Position numbers and translations under genes: made by a program
Shown: piece by piece, positions 1 to 11,818 of the stretch
How positions within the stretch are numbered: the first letter of the stretch is position 1
Layout of the letters: every line of letters starts with the position of its first letter
Source: Macrostomum lignano
Taxonomy: Eukaryota
DNA length: 54,886 bases
NCBI GenBank assembly: GCA_002269645.1
Contig: NIVC01003747.1
Span: forward strand, 1-54,886
Reading direction: 5' to 3'
Notes under the pieces: generated by a model
The model's database searches: none
Told to the model about the DNA's origin: nothing
Seen by the model: the letters and a program-made list of their open reading frames with translations, nothing else

Positions 1-80
1 TAAGTCGCAATTGGGAGGAACTAAGTTGCAATCGGGAGGAACTAAGTTGCAATCAGGAGGAACTAAGTTGCAATCAGGAG
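1..80. repeat. 20-bp tandem repeat (GGAGGAACTAAGTTGCAATC), about 4 copies, probably continuing left of the window
   Basis: Unit read directly, with a 20-bp period from base 1 to about 80. Confidence 0.9.
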
Positions 81-552
81 ATTTTTTTGCCTGTCCTCTA
101 GGCATTGTATATATGGCGAAATTTTCAAAGGCATGATACATAGAAGGCTCCAATTTGTCTGCAGCACAATGTATAAGAAGAAATTGTTTCTTGCCCATGG
201 TTTTAGCAACTTGCAAGTCAAACTTGACTTCCTATTATCACAGATGCTTTCTGTTGTAATGCCCTGCAAAACAACTGTCATAATACTATCTTAAATAAAT
301 CTTTTAGCATATCAAGTGCAAGTTCGAACAAAATCGGTCCAGCCATTTTTTCTCTAATATATCATATATATTATATAGACATCACATTTTTAGTATATAG
401 GATGCTTTGTCTTGTTTCTGTGACTGACAGTTGCTTAAATCTATAGAAGTAGATTATTGGTTTGCTCTTCTCAAGCATCCAGAAATATATCATTAGGTAA
501 CTATTTGTAACTGTTTGTATAACTATATAACTTTTTCTTGGAGGACTCTTAC

Positions 553-753
553 TTCTTTGGCATGAGTCTCAGTTTCCGAATCTGAGTCCAAATGAATGGC
601 TATATGTGGTTGTTGGATCCGTGCTTCAGTATCAGCATCAGTTGATGGGCAAGATTCTATAGCGATAGATTTAGCATGAGCATTGTGCCATTGTACAAGT
701 TCTGTCTTAAGACGTCTAGTTTCTTCATTCATTTCAAAAAGCTTCTCTTTCAG
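553..753 (-). CDS. Candidate internal host exon (67 codons, LKEKLFEMNEETRRLKTELVQWHNAHAK...THAKE), product unknown
   Basis: On the minus strand: acceptor CTCTTCTCAAATAATTTCAG, a 201-bp stop-free phase 0/0 frame, and donor GAA|GTAAGA. No homology recognised. Confidence 0.35.
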
Positions 754-984
754 CTGAAATTATTTGAGAAGAGCAATATGCATGGGTTGTTGCATCTGCA
801 CCATGAATCTCTATTTTTGCATTCAGCACAGATAGATCTGACAAAGGCGGCTGACAAAATCTGACACCATAGGTGTCAAGTACATTATATAAGTACAATG
901 TATAGTTTCAAACATACTGGTCATATATAGCCAGTGCAGCACCCAAACCAAGCTAGCATACCCACCCTATCTATCAAATTCACA

Positions 985-2105
985 ATAGAGCTCAATAGGA
1001 GTCTTTTTAGAGCAATGATTTATTACAATTTTAAAAGTGGTTTGCAGCAGCAAGAAAGTCTTAAGCAATTGCGAGGAGCTTTTGGTGATAAAAAACCTTC
1101 TAGATCCACTGTTTTTGACTGGTTTGCCAAATTTCGATGCAGCAGGCAGAGTCTGAATGATGAGGAGCGCAGTGGCTGGTCTGTCTTCGCAACGACTAAG
1201 AATAATGTTGCTGCTGTCTAGGCCATGGTTGAGGATGATGCCCAAGTGACTGTGGCCCAGATAGAGGCAGAAGTGGGCATTTCATCAGGATCCATCAGGA
1301 CGATCCTGCATTCAAAGCTTAACCTGAGCAAGATTTCTGCATGCTAGGTGCCTCATCAGCTAACTCTGGAGCAGAAGGAGGCTCAGGTGACCTAGTGCTG
1401 CACTATGCTCAACAGATTCAATGGAGGCAGCTCAAATTTGGTCTGGGATATTGTCAATGGTGACAAGTCTGGGATCTATAGTTTCAACTTGGAGACTAAG
1501 AGCAGCAATCGGCCCAGTGGACTCCAGTTGGCGGCACCCCACCATCCAAGCTTTGGTGAGAGTGCAGCGTGGCAAAGCAGGTGGTGGCCATTTTTGTGGC
1601 GAAAACTGGTCATCTGGCCACAGTTCCACTCATGCAGCAGCGCATAGTCACTGGTGACTAGTATGCCAATGTTTGCCTGCCAGAAGTGCTGAGTGCTCTC
1701 TCTAGGTGTCGCCCAAGGACTCAAACTTGGGGTATCCTTCTCCACCACGACAACACCTTGGCCCACAAGGCTCGACAAGTGGCAGAGTTCCTAGCTGGAA
1801 AGCGCATTCAAGAGCTCGGTTATCTACCCTACAGCCCCAACCTGGCCCCCTGACTGTTGTATTTCCACAAATCAAGCGTAGGATGCGTTGAATCTGCTAT
1901 GGATCACCAGAAGCTGTAATAGAGGCTTTCATCCGGCATATGGAGGAGGTGCCTGCTTTAGATTGGTCCAGCTGCTTTAGCAAGTGGTTAAGCGCATGAA
2001 AATTTGCATCAAATCTGCTGGAGAGTACTTTGAAAAGATGTAACTGTTTTTTCTCTCTAACTATTTCTGTCTGGGCACATCCGGAAACCCACCGCTCAGC
2101 CCTCA
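985..2105 (+). mobile_element. Decayed mariner (Tc1/mariner, DD34D) transposase with right TIR; no left TIR found
   Basis: Translation gives HTH region RAMIYYNFKSG...PSRSTVFDWFAKF, then *VPHQL (WVPHxL motif), IVNGDKS, LLHHDN, YSPNLAP (YSPDLAP motif) and GEYFEKM* ending at 2043. Several stops and frameshifts. The end GCTCAGCCCTCA|TA at 2105 resembles a mariner TIR plus TA. Confidence 0.9.
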
Positions 2106-2222
2106 TATAGTCAGGTGCAGCATGTAGGTCTATCTTTAAGTGAAGTATATAATGACTCATTATTACACCTGACTATATGAAGGCTGAGCAATAGGTTTCC
2201 GGATGTGCCCAGATAGAAATAG
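2061..2222. repeat. 57-bp inverted repeat (2061-2117 and 2166-2222) with a 48-bp spacer, covering the mariner right end
   Basis: Manual reverse-complement comparison gives 52/57 matches. Confidence 0.9.
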
Positions 2223-2248
2223 TATATATATATATATATATATATATA
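2223..2248. repeat. (TA)13 microsatellite
   Basis: Read directly. Confidence 0.95.
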
Positions 2249-2477
2249 AGTGCATGAGTGTACATATACAAGTTTGTTTGCCAGACATATAGTACAGTAT
2301 GTAGAGATTGTGTAGCCTATAGGGTATAGGCTACAATGCAGTTTAGTATTGCAGTGTGCAATGCTACATAATTGAATGATAAATCAATCAATAAAGAGAA
2401 TGAGGGCAGGAGAAAGGGAAAAGAAATGAGGAACTTCCATTTTTCAATAAGTATAACCACGCATAAGGTGTGCTACC

Positions 2478-2775
2478 CATACATGCGCAACCTCCAAAAT
2501 TCGGTCGGCCATGCGACTTAGTTTTAACAAAAATGCGACGTAGTTTTTGGGCAAAAATGCGACTTACATGTAATAAAAACCCTAAAGCAAAATTAACGCA
2601 ACTTTGGGTAAACGGAAGGAGTAACTATGACTGTCTTATTAGGTAAAAATGCCTCGTCAGCTACTTAGTAATACTACTTTGGTATTTTTCGGGTGGGCAT
2701 TTTTGCGACTTCCTTGATTGGCTGCCAAATCGGTCGGCCGGATTGGCCGACTCGGCCGACTGTTGCGCATGTATG
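2478..2775. mobile_element. 298-bp non-autonomous hAT-type element (MITE)
   Basis: Perfect 14-bp TIRs CATACATGCGCAAC (2478-2491) and GTTGCGCATGTATG (2762-2775), flanked by an identical 8-bp direct repeat GTGCTACC (2470-2477 and 2776-2783). An 8-bp TSD with CA..TG ends is typical of hAT. Confidence 0.85.
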
Positions 2776-5499
2776 GTGCTACCCCCCCCCCCTGGTCCTT
2801 TAGTGTGGTGGTGCATAGGTAAGTTGCAAATCTGGACAAAACTAAGTTGCACTGGATAGGTAAAATTTTGAGGTTGGGCATTTATGTTAAATATGCATGA
2901 CATTTGTGCTAAGATGTAAATCTTATGGTAGTCCTTGTGTTAGGTTTATCGCTCAATTGTTGCAAAATTTAATAACTCTATTAATAACCAGACTAATTCA
3001 TAAAATAAAATAACGAATAATAAGAGAACTATAAATGATTTGACATTGCAAAGTTACAAACATTGAGAAGTATAACATTTTAGAGCTTTTTATTCTCAGA
3101 AAAATTGGTGTACAACTGCTTGGAAATTTGCTACTATAGAACTGCTTGGATATTAGTGACACTTGCTCAGCAACTATGTAAAACTGCTTATAGACAAGCA
3201 CTAAACTGCTAAGAAGCTGAGTGAAGCCATGAATAAAGCCATAAATTCCATGAATGCTAGCCTAGATATGAATAGACTGAACTGATAGTATGGCAACCTA
3301 GGTTTGAATCTTAATAGTAAGAATTTTTTTAATGAAAACTTTAAATAATTTAAAGGAATAATTAAAAAGACATTATTTTTGCACTTGATAAGCCAAGACT
3401 CATAGGGATAATTACTAGAATGCTATGGCTATTAAGGGATTTGTTAGGAAGAGTAAAGGTTAAACCATAAATTAATTGACCTGTCAAACATAAAGACTCA
3501 TTGGGGAATTGCTGAAATATCAAGATTTACTAGAGGAATTGCTGAGAATTCAAGTCTTAGGGGCAATTGCTGAGATATCAAGGTAGAGGATAGAAGCTAC
3601 ATGTAATTAATTTAAAAATTTTACTACATTCTTTGTTTTCTCCCTAATGGGGGCATAAATTGTTAGAATTGACAAATCTAAATTTATACATTGCAATAAG
3701 GAATACAATACTATATTATATAGATAGTATCAATATAAGTATAAAATAAATAGATATAAAAACATTTAATTTTCTCTTATTGAATATTAATTATTTAGGC
3801 CTACTCAAATTTTATGTCATGAATATATAAAAACATAGGCCTATATGAATAAGCCTATGTAGTAGGCCTATTATTACTATTTTATTAGATTAGATTAATA
3901 AAGTATTATATGGATATAAACTATCACCAATATAGGCCTAGGCCTATATTGTGTATATATATTTTAAATGCATAACAAGAACAATTTAAACAATTGTAGA
4001 CAAAATTTACAGGTTAGGAAATTTTTAAAGTAAAATTTTTAATTAATTTCATTTTTTATTTGTAAATTGGTAAACAACTCTATTCAGCCTACTAAGCTTG
4101 ATGGCAGTTCTCTTTGTATAGGAGTTGGACAAATGAAGAGTAACAAGGGTTTGAAAAAACTGTCCTATAGTTAGACAGTGTCTTGCTTTTTGGATGAAAT
4201 AACTGACAAAAAACTACTAATAATCAATATCAATACTAACAGAGCTGTAAAAGGCAAGTCATCATAAGATGAGCATTGGGTCCGCCCCTAATCAAAAGCA
4301 ATTACAGATTTTTTTGTGCTTAAAATGAAAACCGCCATATTCCAAATGTATTTTTCAGTAAAACCTGCCTCCTTCAAAACTTCCATAGAAATATGCAACC
4401 CTCCTTAAAAAAAGTTTCAAGAAACGTATAGTCCACTCAGTCAGCCGTGTCCCACTCGTGGTGAGGCCATTCTATCCTCGGAAAACACGGCCTCGCAGCC
4501 CAGTAATGAATGCAGCGGTGTAGCGCTGCATGTATTTCTGGATTTATTTTACGTTGTATTTAATACATTTGCGCACGTATGCACCAGCCGGTTCTATAGG
4601 CTAAGCCACGTGTGATATTAGTAAACAAGTGTACAATTTAAATTGCATTTTAGCTAGCTAATAAAATAAGCCTGCCTATACATAAAATTTTACCACTTGC
4701 CAATTAGTTAGGCTTACAGATTTATTTATTGCTCTTTAGACTTTGGAATCATTTAAAATTTACATAACTATCCAATTTTTTGTTTAGCCTAGGCAAAATG
4801 CATATTTAATAAGCTTTCTAGGCTTCTAAAATCTAATAGCCTAGCAATAGATAAAAACTACCTACCTAGTATAGTAATTTTTTTACCTAATAGTAATACA
4901 AAGCCTTCTATTTCAAATCATTGATTATTTTCTACTATTGACTGATAGGTCTAAGTCTAAAATATTTTCTTTTCTTTTGTGTTATAAAGCCTTTATGCTA
5001 TATTAGAATATGTTTTTTTAATGCTAATAAGAATCTTTTATAACTTTGGATCTAAAATTCATTTGGTCCTTCTTTAATTTAAGTTGCTTAGGCCTATCTT
5101 TTTATAAGACCTAAGGGGGCTAAGCCTAGCCTATGTTTATAATGTTTTATATTAAAATGTTTTAATAATATTGTTTTATAGGAATCAAAAGTAGGAATAT
5201 AACTATATAAGATAAAGCATGCCTAGAATAAAAATCTTTTTGAAATAATTAGCCATAGTCTAATCAACTATAGATTAGGCCCAACTAATAACTATTCATT
5301 GGCACTATATAAAGTCATGATATCCCTCTAGTTGCGACCTTTTCTTCCCCTTTAATGCTAGGCCTTACTTTTTCTTTCTAGCCCATATTCTCTTCTCTAA
5401 AGCCTTACCTTCTTTTCCCTTCAGTATTTCCCTCCTCTCTAGTCCCACAATGTTTTCCCATTAAATTCTTACCCTTTTATCATAATCTCGCCCTCCTAT

Positions 5500-7200
5500 C
5501 TTCTAGCCCCACCTTCCTAGCCTTTAGTCCCACTATCCTACCCTCCAGCCCCACCCTCCTTTCCTCTAGCCCCACCCTCCCCTCCAGCTTCCACCCTCTT
5601 CTCTTCTCTAGACCCATCCCTTCTCTCTAGCCCCACCCCTTCCCTCTAGCCCAACCCCTTCTTTCTAGCCCCACCCTCTTCTCTTCTGTAGCCCCACCCC
5701 TTTCCTTCTAGCCCCACCCTCCTACCCTCTAGCCCCGCCCTCCCTTCTAGCTTCTACCCTCTTCTCCCCTCCAGCCCCACCCTCCTACCCCCCAGCCCCA
5801 CCCTCCTACCCTCTAGCCCCACCCTCCTACCCTCTAGCCCTGCCCTCCCTTCCAGCTTCCACCCTCTTCTCCCCTTTAGCCCCACCCTCCTACCCTCTAG
5901 CCCCACCCTCCTCTCCAGCTTCCAACCTCTTCTCCCCTCCAACCCCACCTTCCTTCCCTCCAGCTCCACCCTCCTTCCCTCCAGCCCCACCCTCTTCTCT
6001 TCTGTAGCCCCACCCCTTTCCCTCCAGCCCCACTCTCCTTCCCTCTAGCCCCGCCCTCCCTTCCAGCTTCCACCCTCTTCTCCCCTCCAGCCCCACCCTC
6101 CTACCCTCCAGCCCCACCCTCCTACCCTCCAGCCCCACCCTCCTACCCTCTAGCCCCACCCTCCCAGTTTCCAACCTCTTCTCCCCTCCAGCCTCACCTT
6201 CCTCCTCTCCAGCCCCACCCTCCTTTCCTCCAGCCCCACCCTCCTACCCTACTGCCTCACCCTCTCCTCCAGCTTTTACCCTCTTCTCTTCTGTGCCCCA
6301 CCCCCTTCCTTCCAGCCCCACACTCCTACCCTCTAGCCCCACCCTCCCAGTTTCCAACCTCTTCTCCCCTCCAGCCTCACCCTCCTCCCCTCCAGCCTCA
6401 CCCTCCTTCCCTCTAGCCCCACCCTCTTCTCTTCTGTAGCCCCACCCCTTTCCCTCCAGCCCCACTCTCCTTCCCTCTAGCCCCGCCCTCCCTTCCAGCT
6501 TCCACCCTCTTCTCCCCTCCAGCCCCACACTCCTACCCTCTAGCTCCACCCTCCCATCCAGTTTCCAACCTCTCCTCCCCTCCAGCCTCACCCTCTTTTC
6601 CCCTCCAGCCCCACCTCCCTTCCCTCCAGCCCCACCTCCCTTCCCTCCAGCCCCACCTCCCTTCCCTCCAGCGCCACCCTCCTACCCTACTGCCTCACCC
6701 TCTTCTCTTCTGTAGCCCCACCCCCTTCCTTCTAGCCCTACCCTCCTTGCCTTCAGTCCTACCCTCCTTCCCTGCAGCCTCACCCTCTTCTCTCCGTTAG
6801 CCTCATCCTCCTCTCTAGCCCTCACCCTTTCTCCTCTCTAACATCACCCTTTCTCATCCAACCTCGTCCTCCTACCCTCTAGCCTCTACTCTCTTCTTTC
6901 CTTCAATACCCCCTCGTCCCCTCTAGCCCTACTATGTCCTCCAGTTGAATCCTCACCCTTTTCTCCCCACAAACCTACCCTCTCCTTCCTTCCAGCCCCT
7001 ATCCTTCTCTCCAGGACCTACCCTTGTTCTCTTTCAGCCTCGCTCTCATGTCCCCTCCAGCTCCACCCCCTTCTTCCCCCAGCCCCACTCTCTCCTCTTC
7101 AGCCGCATCCTCTCCTCCCCTCCAGCCTCACCCTCTCCTACCCCAGCCTCAACCTCTTCGCCCCTCCAGCCCCACCCTATTTTTTTATTCAGCCTCACCC
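5500..7200. repeat. Pyrimidine-rich degenerate minisatellite (core CTCCAGCCCCACCCTCCT, roughly 20-22 bp)
   Basis: Reiterated (C/T)AGCCCCACCCTC motif throughout; the overlapping ORFs are low-complexity. Confidence 0.9.
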
Positions 7201-7276
7201 TTCTCGTAGCTCTGCTAATAAAATTTAATTATCCTTTTCAGAAGTGAAAAAGAATATTTCTCTTTTCTCTCTTCAG

Positions 7277-8150
7277 AATGTCCTCGCACCGGTCTAGAGG
7301 TCATACCACGTGCCGGAGCGACTGGTCGCAGCAACCATAACTCTCTTCTAGGAGACCCTGGCCGCCGTGGTGACACCTGACGGACTATCCGACCTGTTCA
7401 ACACGACCTCAGGGATGCTGCAAGGCGACACGCTTGCGTCCTACCTTTTCGTGTTGGTGCTCGATGGGGTGCTACGTAGGGCCCTGCCAACAGACGAGGA
7501 CGGCTTCCTACTGTGCCGGCAAACAAGCAGCCGCCAATCGGAGAAGCGGCTGTCACTCATGGGGTCATGGGTTACGCCGACGACCTGGCGCTGCCCGCCT
7601 CTATGGCTGAGGGAGCCCAGCGCATGCTAGACAGCCTGGTTGGTGGCAGCTGCGGCATCGGTCGGGCTAGCGGTGAGCATCGAGAAGACGGAGGTGATGA
7701 CTGTACCTGCGGAGCTGCCTATCAAAATCACCTGCTGGGACACCCAACGGTCATGCAGCAGCTCTACCTCGCTGCGCGTGCTTCACGTACCCCGGCGATC
7801 TTGTGCCCAGTGTCCAGGAGGACTTGGCGCGACGCAGGGGCCTGGCCTGGGCGGCCTTCCGCTCCATCCGAGTCGTCCTGCAGAACGCCGCGCTGCCAGA
7901 CCGCTGCGATCACCTAGCGAGACCCTCCGCAGGCGAAGACATCAGCTGGCGGGCCACACCATCCACGCGGAGGCCTACTGTTCTCAACCAGTGCAAGACG
8001 TCCTGCTGCTCACGATGCAGGGCCCCTGGCGCCGGGGCTACGGCCGGGCGAGTCGCGTCGCGGATTGCCTGTTGGATGGCGCTGGGGTGATTGGCCAGGC
8101 GCACGCTGTTGCCGCCTTTAGTGAGCTCACACTGAGAGAACTGATCTGAC
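7277..8150 (+). pseudogene. Non-LTR retrotransposon reverse-transcriptase relic (RTE/RTEX-like), left-arm copy
   Basis: Peptides VVTPDG, SGMLQGDTLASYLFVLVLD, GYADDLAL and GLAVSIEKTEVM match RT core motifs. Stops and frameshifts present; truncated at both ends. Confidence 0.85.
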
Positions 8151-8727
8151 ACCGCCTCCCATTGTGAACTGTTACTTTTAACTCAACAATACTGGGTGTG
8201 CCTTGTTATTATTTTCTCTTCAAAATAATTTGCCTAGCTGCGAACTGTGATGGTGCATATCGCGTACTCGCAATTCAATAGCTTATACTTATTACTGTTT
8301 TACTTATTGCTTTCCGATGTCAATGCTATTTATTGCGTGTAATATTATCGCAAAATTCAAGTTCGGGCGTCATTATTTAGCTACTGCCGGTGTTCTGCAT
8401 TACAATTATTATAGTACTTCGTATCTACTGACGTAACATTGTACCAAAAATTTTAGATTGCGTCTTGCGTGGCGCCAAAACCAATCTTGTTGAATGCTAC
8501 TAGCGTAATAGCCGTTTGAATCGCTTGAAATACATTGTAATGCCATGCTGTATTGCTTTTGACGATCTAAATGACACTGGCTAGACTTCACTGATCCATA
8601 TGCTCCTCAAGCAAGGTATATGGAAAGCAGATTGAGCAGCAAACTTAGTGTTTGATTGATAGAGATTTTGTATAGTTGGATCTTTGGATCACGGATAAAA
8701 CCAAGGAATCTAGATCTGGAGGCATGC

Positions 8728-9425
8728 GGGGGGAGCGGCGGAAAGCAGCAGAGCTGTTGGGGAGAGCAGCGGAAAGCAGCGTAGCTGTTGGGGGGAGCGG
8801 CGGAAAGCAGCAGAGCTGTTGGGGAGAGCGGCGGAAAGCAGCGTAGCTGTTGGGGAGAGCGGCGGAAAGCAGCGTAGCTGTTGGGGGGAGCGGCGGAAAG
8901 CAGCAGAGCTGTTGGGGAGAGCGGCGGAAAGCAGCGTAGCTGTTGGGGGGAGCGGCGGAATGTAACGGAGCTGTGGGGGAGCTGCGGAAAGCAGCGGAGC
9001 TGTTAGGGAGAGCGGCGGAATGCAACGGAGCTGTGGGGGAGCTGCGGAAAGCAGCGGAGCTGTTGGGGAGAGCGGCGGAAAGCAGCGGAGCTGTGGGGGA
9101 GCGGTGGAATGCAGCGGAGCTGTGGGGGAGCTGCGGAAAGCAGCGGAGCTGTTGGGGAGAGCGGCGGAATGCAACGGAGCTGTGGGGGAGCTGCAGAAAG
9201 CAGCGGAGCTGTTGGGGAGAGCGGCGGAATGCAGCGGAGCTGTGGGGGAGCTGCGGAATGCAGCGGAGCTGTTGGGGAGAGCGGCGGAATGCAGCGGAGC
9301 TGTGGGGGAGCTGCGGAATGCAGCGGAGCTGTTGGGGAGAGCGGCGGAATGCAGCGGAGCTGTGGGGGAGCTGCGGAATGCAGCGGAGCTGTTGGGGAGA
9401 GCGGCGGAATGCAACGGAGCTGTTG
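8728..9425. repeat. G-rich minisatellite: 31-bp monomers grading into a 29+31 = 60-bp dimer
   Basis: GCTGTTG recurs every 31 bp at about 8784-8940; an exact 60-bp period is visible at 9241-9420. Confidence 0.92.
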
Positions 9426-10479
9426 GTTTGATAACAGCTGACGAGGCTGACAGGCTTATTTGCATAGAGCGATGCTATGAGAATGAATTCAGTCAGTCAG
9501 TTTAAGGCAGAAAGCTGGCTCTCTGTCTCTGCCTACCCTTCAACTGAATCGAGTGAATTCGCAGTGCCTGAAGTGCCCGAAGTTGGTTCTACATGTACGT
9601 ATATATATTGTTTTGGCAAACTGGATTACAAAAAGGTACGGCTCATATATTACAGTATACTATACATGTATTTGAGTGGCGAAAGGGTGACGGTTTAAAT
9701 GTTGCTAGGGCTACGTGTATGAGATTCGGCCGGTGCTCTACTACCTTGAATTCATGCCCGTAAGGCTCAGCCTCCGTTCATTTACTAATTATTTAATGTC
9801 GCGAGAGGGGACTATCAGTCCCCAACATCCTGCATGGTATTTAGGGGGCCTAGGGTCTTGGCCTTTGGGGCCTTCGACAAGTGACTGCCGCAATTTGACT
9901 GGGGACTATTGAACTCTAAACATTGGCACCTCAAGATTAGAGCGGCGGCACTCGAACCAAAATAATGTTGAAGGACTACAGAATACATGTATATCATAGA
10001 ATAGAGAGAAGCTAGTTCATTTAGACATTTTTTAATCGCAATCCCCAATTTTCATTTTTATTTTCATTTCAAAATCTCAATCCCCGATTGTTAATTCCCT
10101 TATATCCCTGATTCCTAATGTTGAAATTTGAATCCAGCTTGTTGATATCCCTCAGAGGGGAATGATGAGGGGATGCTTCTGAGGACCGAGTTGCTGCATG
10201 CTTTAGCTATATACAACTAAATATGATCCTGTTTTAGGAGTAGAGTAGAAATATGTGAGAGCAGAGAAGAAGACAGAAAATAGTAGGGGAAGTTTAGGGG
10301 ATATAGGGCATCGGCAACTTTTACGAGAAACTTGTAAGACTGGTCGGGTCAGGTATGATATTCTTAAGTTGAATATGACGTAAGTTGGAACTGGGGCACC
10401 TTTTACGAAATGTTTGAAAAGCTGCCATGCAGCTACATGTATACGAGATCATAGAACAGAGAGAAGTTATAGCTCATTT

Positions 10480-11120
10480 AGCCCAACCTCAAGAGCCAGA
10501 ATTCCGAGTGGCAGTCGAAAAATTCCGCCCAGCCACTGAGACCATCAGTTCTGCGGCGCGCCAAGGGAGCCGACAAAATGATGATCATCGCATGCTACGA
10601 TAGTTTTGGAATTATTCTCATCCACCGCATTTCTGAGGGCCAAAACATCAACCAAAAGTTTTATCGGAGCTTCATAACCCACCATCTTCGGCCTGCCCTG
10701 CGCAACAAGCGGTCACACAGACCCTGGAACTTGGTCCACTCCTTCCGCACGACAATGCCAGTTCGCACACAGCCCGCATTGTGCAAGACCTACTGCGGGA
10801 CTACCGTGGGAGGTGCTGCCTCATCCTACTTACTCCCCAGACCTCACGTACAGTCCCTGCGATTTCAGCCTTTCCAAAGCTTAAGAACCAGCTTCAAGGG
10901 TATTCAAGGGAACCAGCATCCAGGCAGCAAGATCGGCCGCATTGCAAAAGACCTGTGCGAATCTGGCGCTGCTGACGGCGTCCACAAGTTGCCTGGCTGC
11001 TGGTAGCGCACGATTCAAACCAACGGAAGTTATATTGAAGGTTTTTGAGCTGTTCACTGTTCTGACACTCGTTTGTTGAAAATAAATAAGTGTTTAATGA
11101 AACTTTTGAGATGACCCTCG
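10480..11120 (+). mobile_element. 5'-truncated mariner relic with right TIR, in the spacer of the large inverted repeat
   Basis: Peptides KMMIIACYDSFGII, HLRPALRNKR, HDNASSH, YSPDL and PCDF, FPKLK (frameshifted). Ends ...AACTTTTGAGATGACCCTCG, a mariner-type TIR. Confidence 0.85.
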
Positions 11121-11284
11121 GCATAGATGGAAGAATATCTTAAATGCCCTCAAGCTATATGTACACATTCAGAAGTTACGTGCTCTTTTAGCATGGTACA
11201 TGTAATAGATACTGTACATGTATAACATTGATACATTTGAGTGTAAGATGCGTTACATGTACGTAGCTACATGTATATATACAG

Positions 11285-11622
11285 CATGTTTTCTGTAGTC
11301 CTTCAACATTATTTTGGTTCGAGTGCCGCCGCTCTAATCTTGAGGTGCCAATGTTTAGAGTTCAATAGTCCCCAGTCAAATTGCGGCAGTCACTTGTCGA
11401 AGGCCCCAAAGGCCAAGACCCTAGGCCCCCTAAATACCATGCAGGATGTTGGGGACTGAGAGTCCCCTCTCGCGACATTAAATAATTAGTAAATGAACGG
11501 AGGCTGAGCCTTACGGGCATGAATTCAAGGTAGTAGAGCACCGGCCGAATCTCATACACGTAGCCCTAGCAACATTTAAACCGTCACCCATTCGCCACTC
11601 AAATACATGTACATGTATAGTA
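11285..11622 (-). repeat. Inner segment of the right arm of the large inverted repeat
   Basis: Reverse complement of 9658-9989, with two substitutions and a 6-bp duplication seen by eye. Confidence 0.95.
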
Positions 11623-11779
11623 TCTGTCTTCTGTCTTAATACTAAAACTGGTGCGTTGTTTGTCTGTGTGTGTGTGTGTTTGTTGGATATCTCTCTATCT
11701 ATCTATATATACTAAAGTTGACGCGTTGTTTGTCTGTCTGTCTGTCATTTCGACAACTCCTCCTTGAATAGTGGCAACT

Positions 11780-11818
<39 letters not shown>

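Larger units (their letters stand above)
6793..9989 (+). repeat. Left arm of a large inverted repeat (at least 3.2 kb; outer end not determinable)
   Basis: Reverse complement matches 54886..52151 and 11622..11285. ORF pairs are identical or nearly so, e.g. 6945-7247(+) with 54432-54734(-), 8409-8591(-) with 53090-53272(+), and 9715-9912(+) with 11362-11559(-). Confidence 0.95.

Noticed and set aside
63-281. Faint resemblance of the minus strand to a Cys-rich transposase C-terminus
   Set aside because: It needs several frameshifts to assemble and no motif is convincing.
4080-4420. Less AT-rich island that might be a decayed coding fragment
   Set aside because: All frames have stops and no family could be recognised.
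5754-9505. Repetitive ORFs in the two minisatellites (and their mirror at 52302-53025)
   Set aside because: Open in several frames on both strands because the repeat units lack stops; no coding signal.
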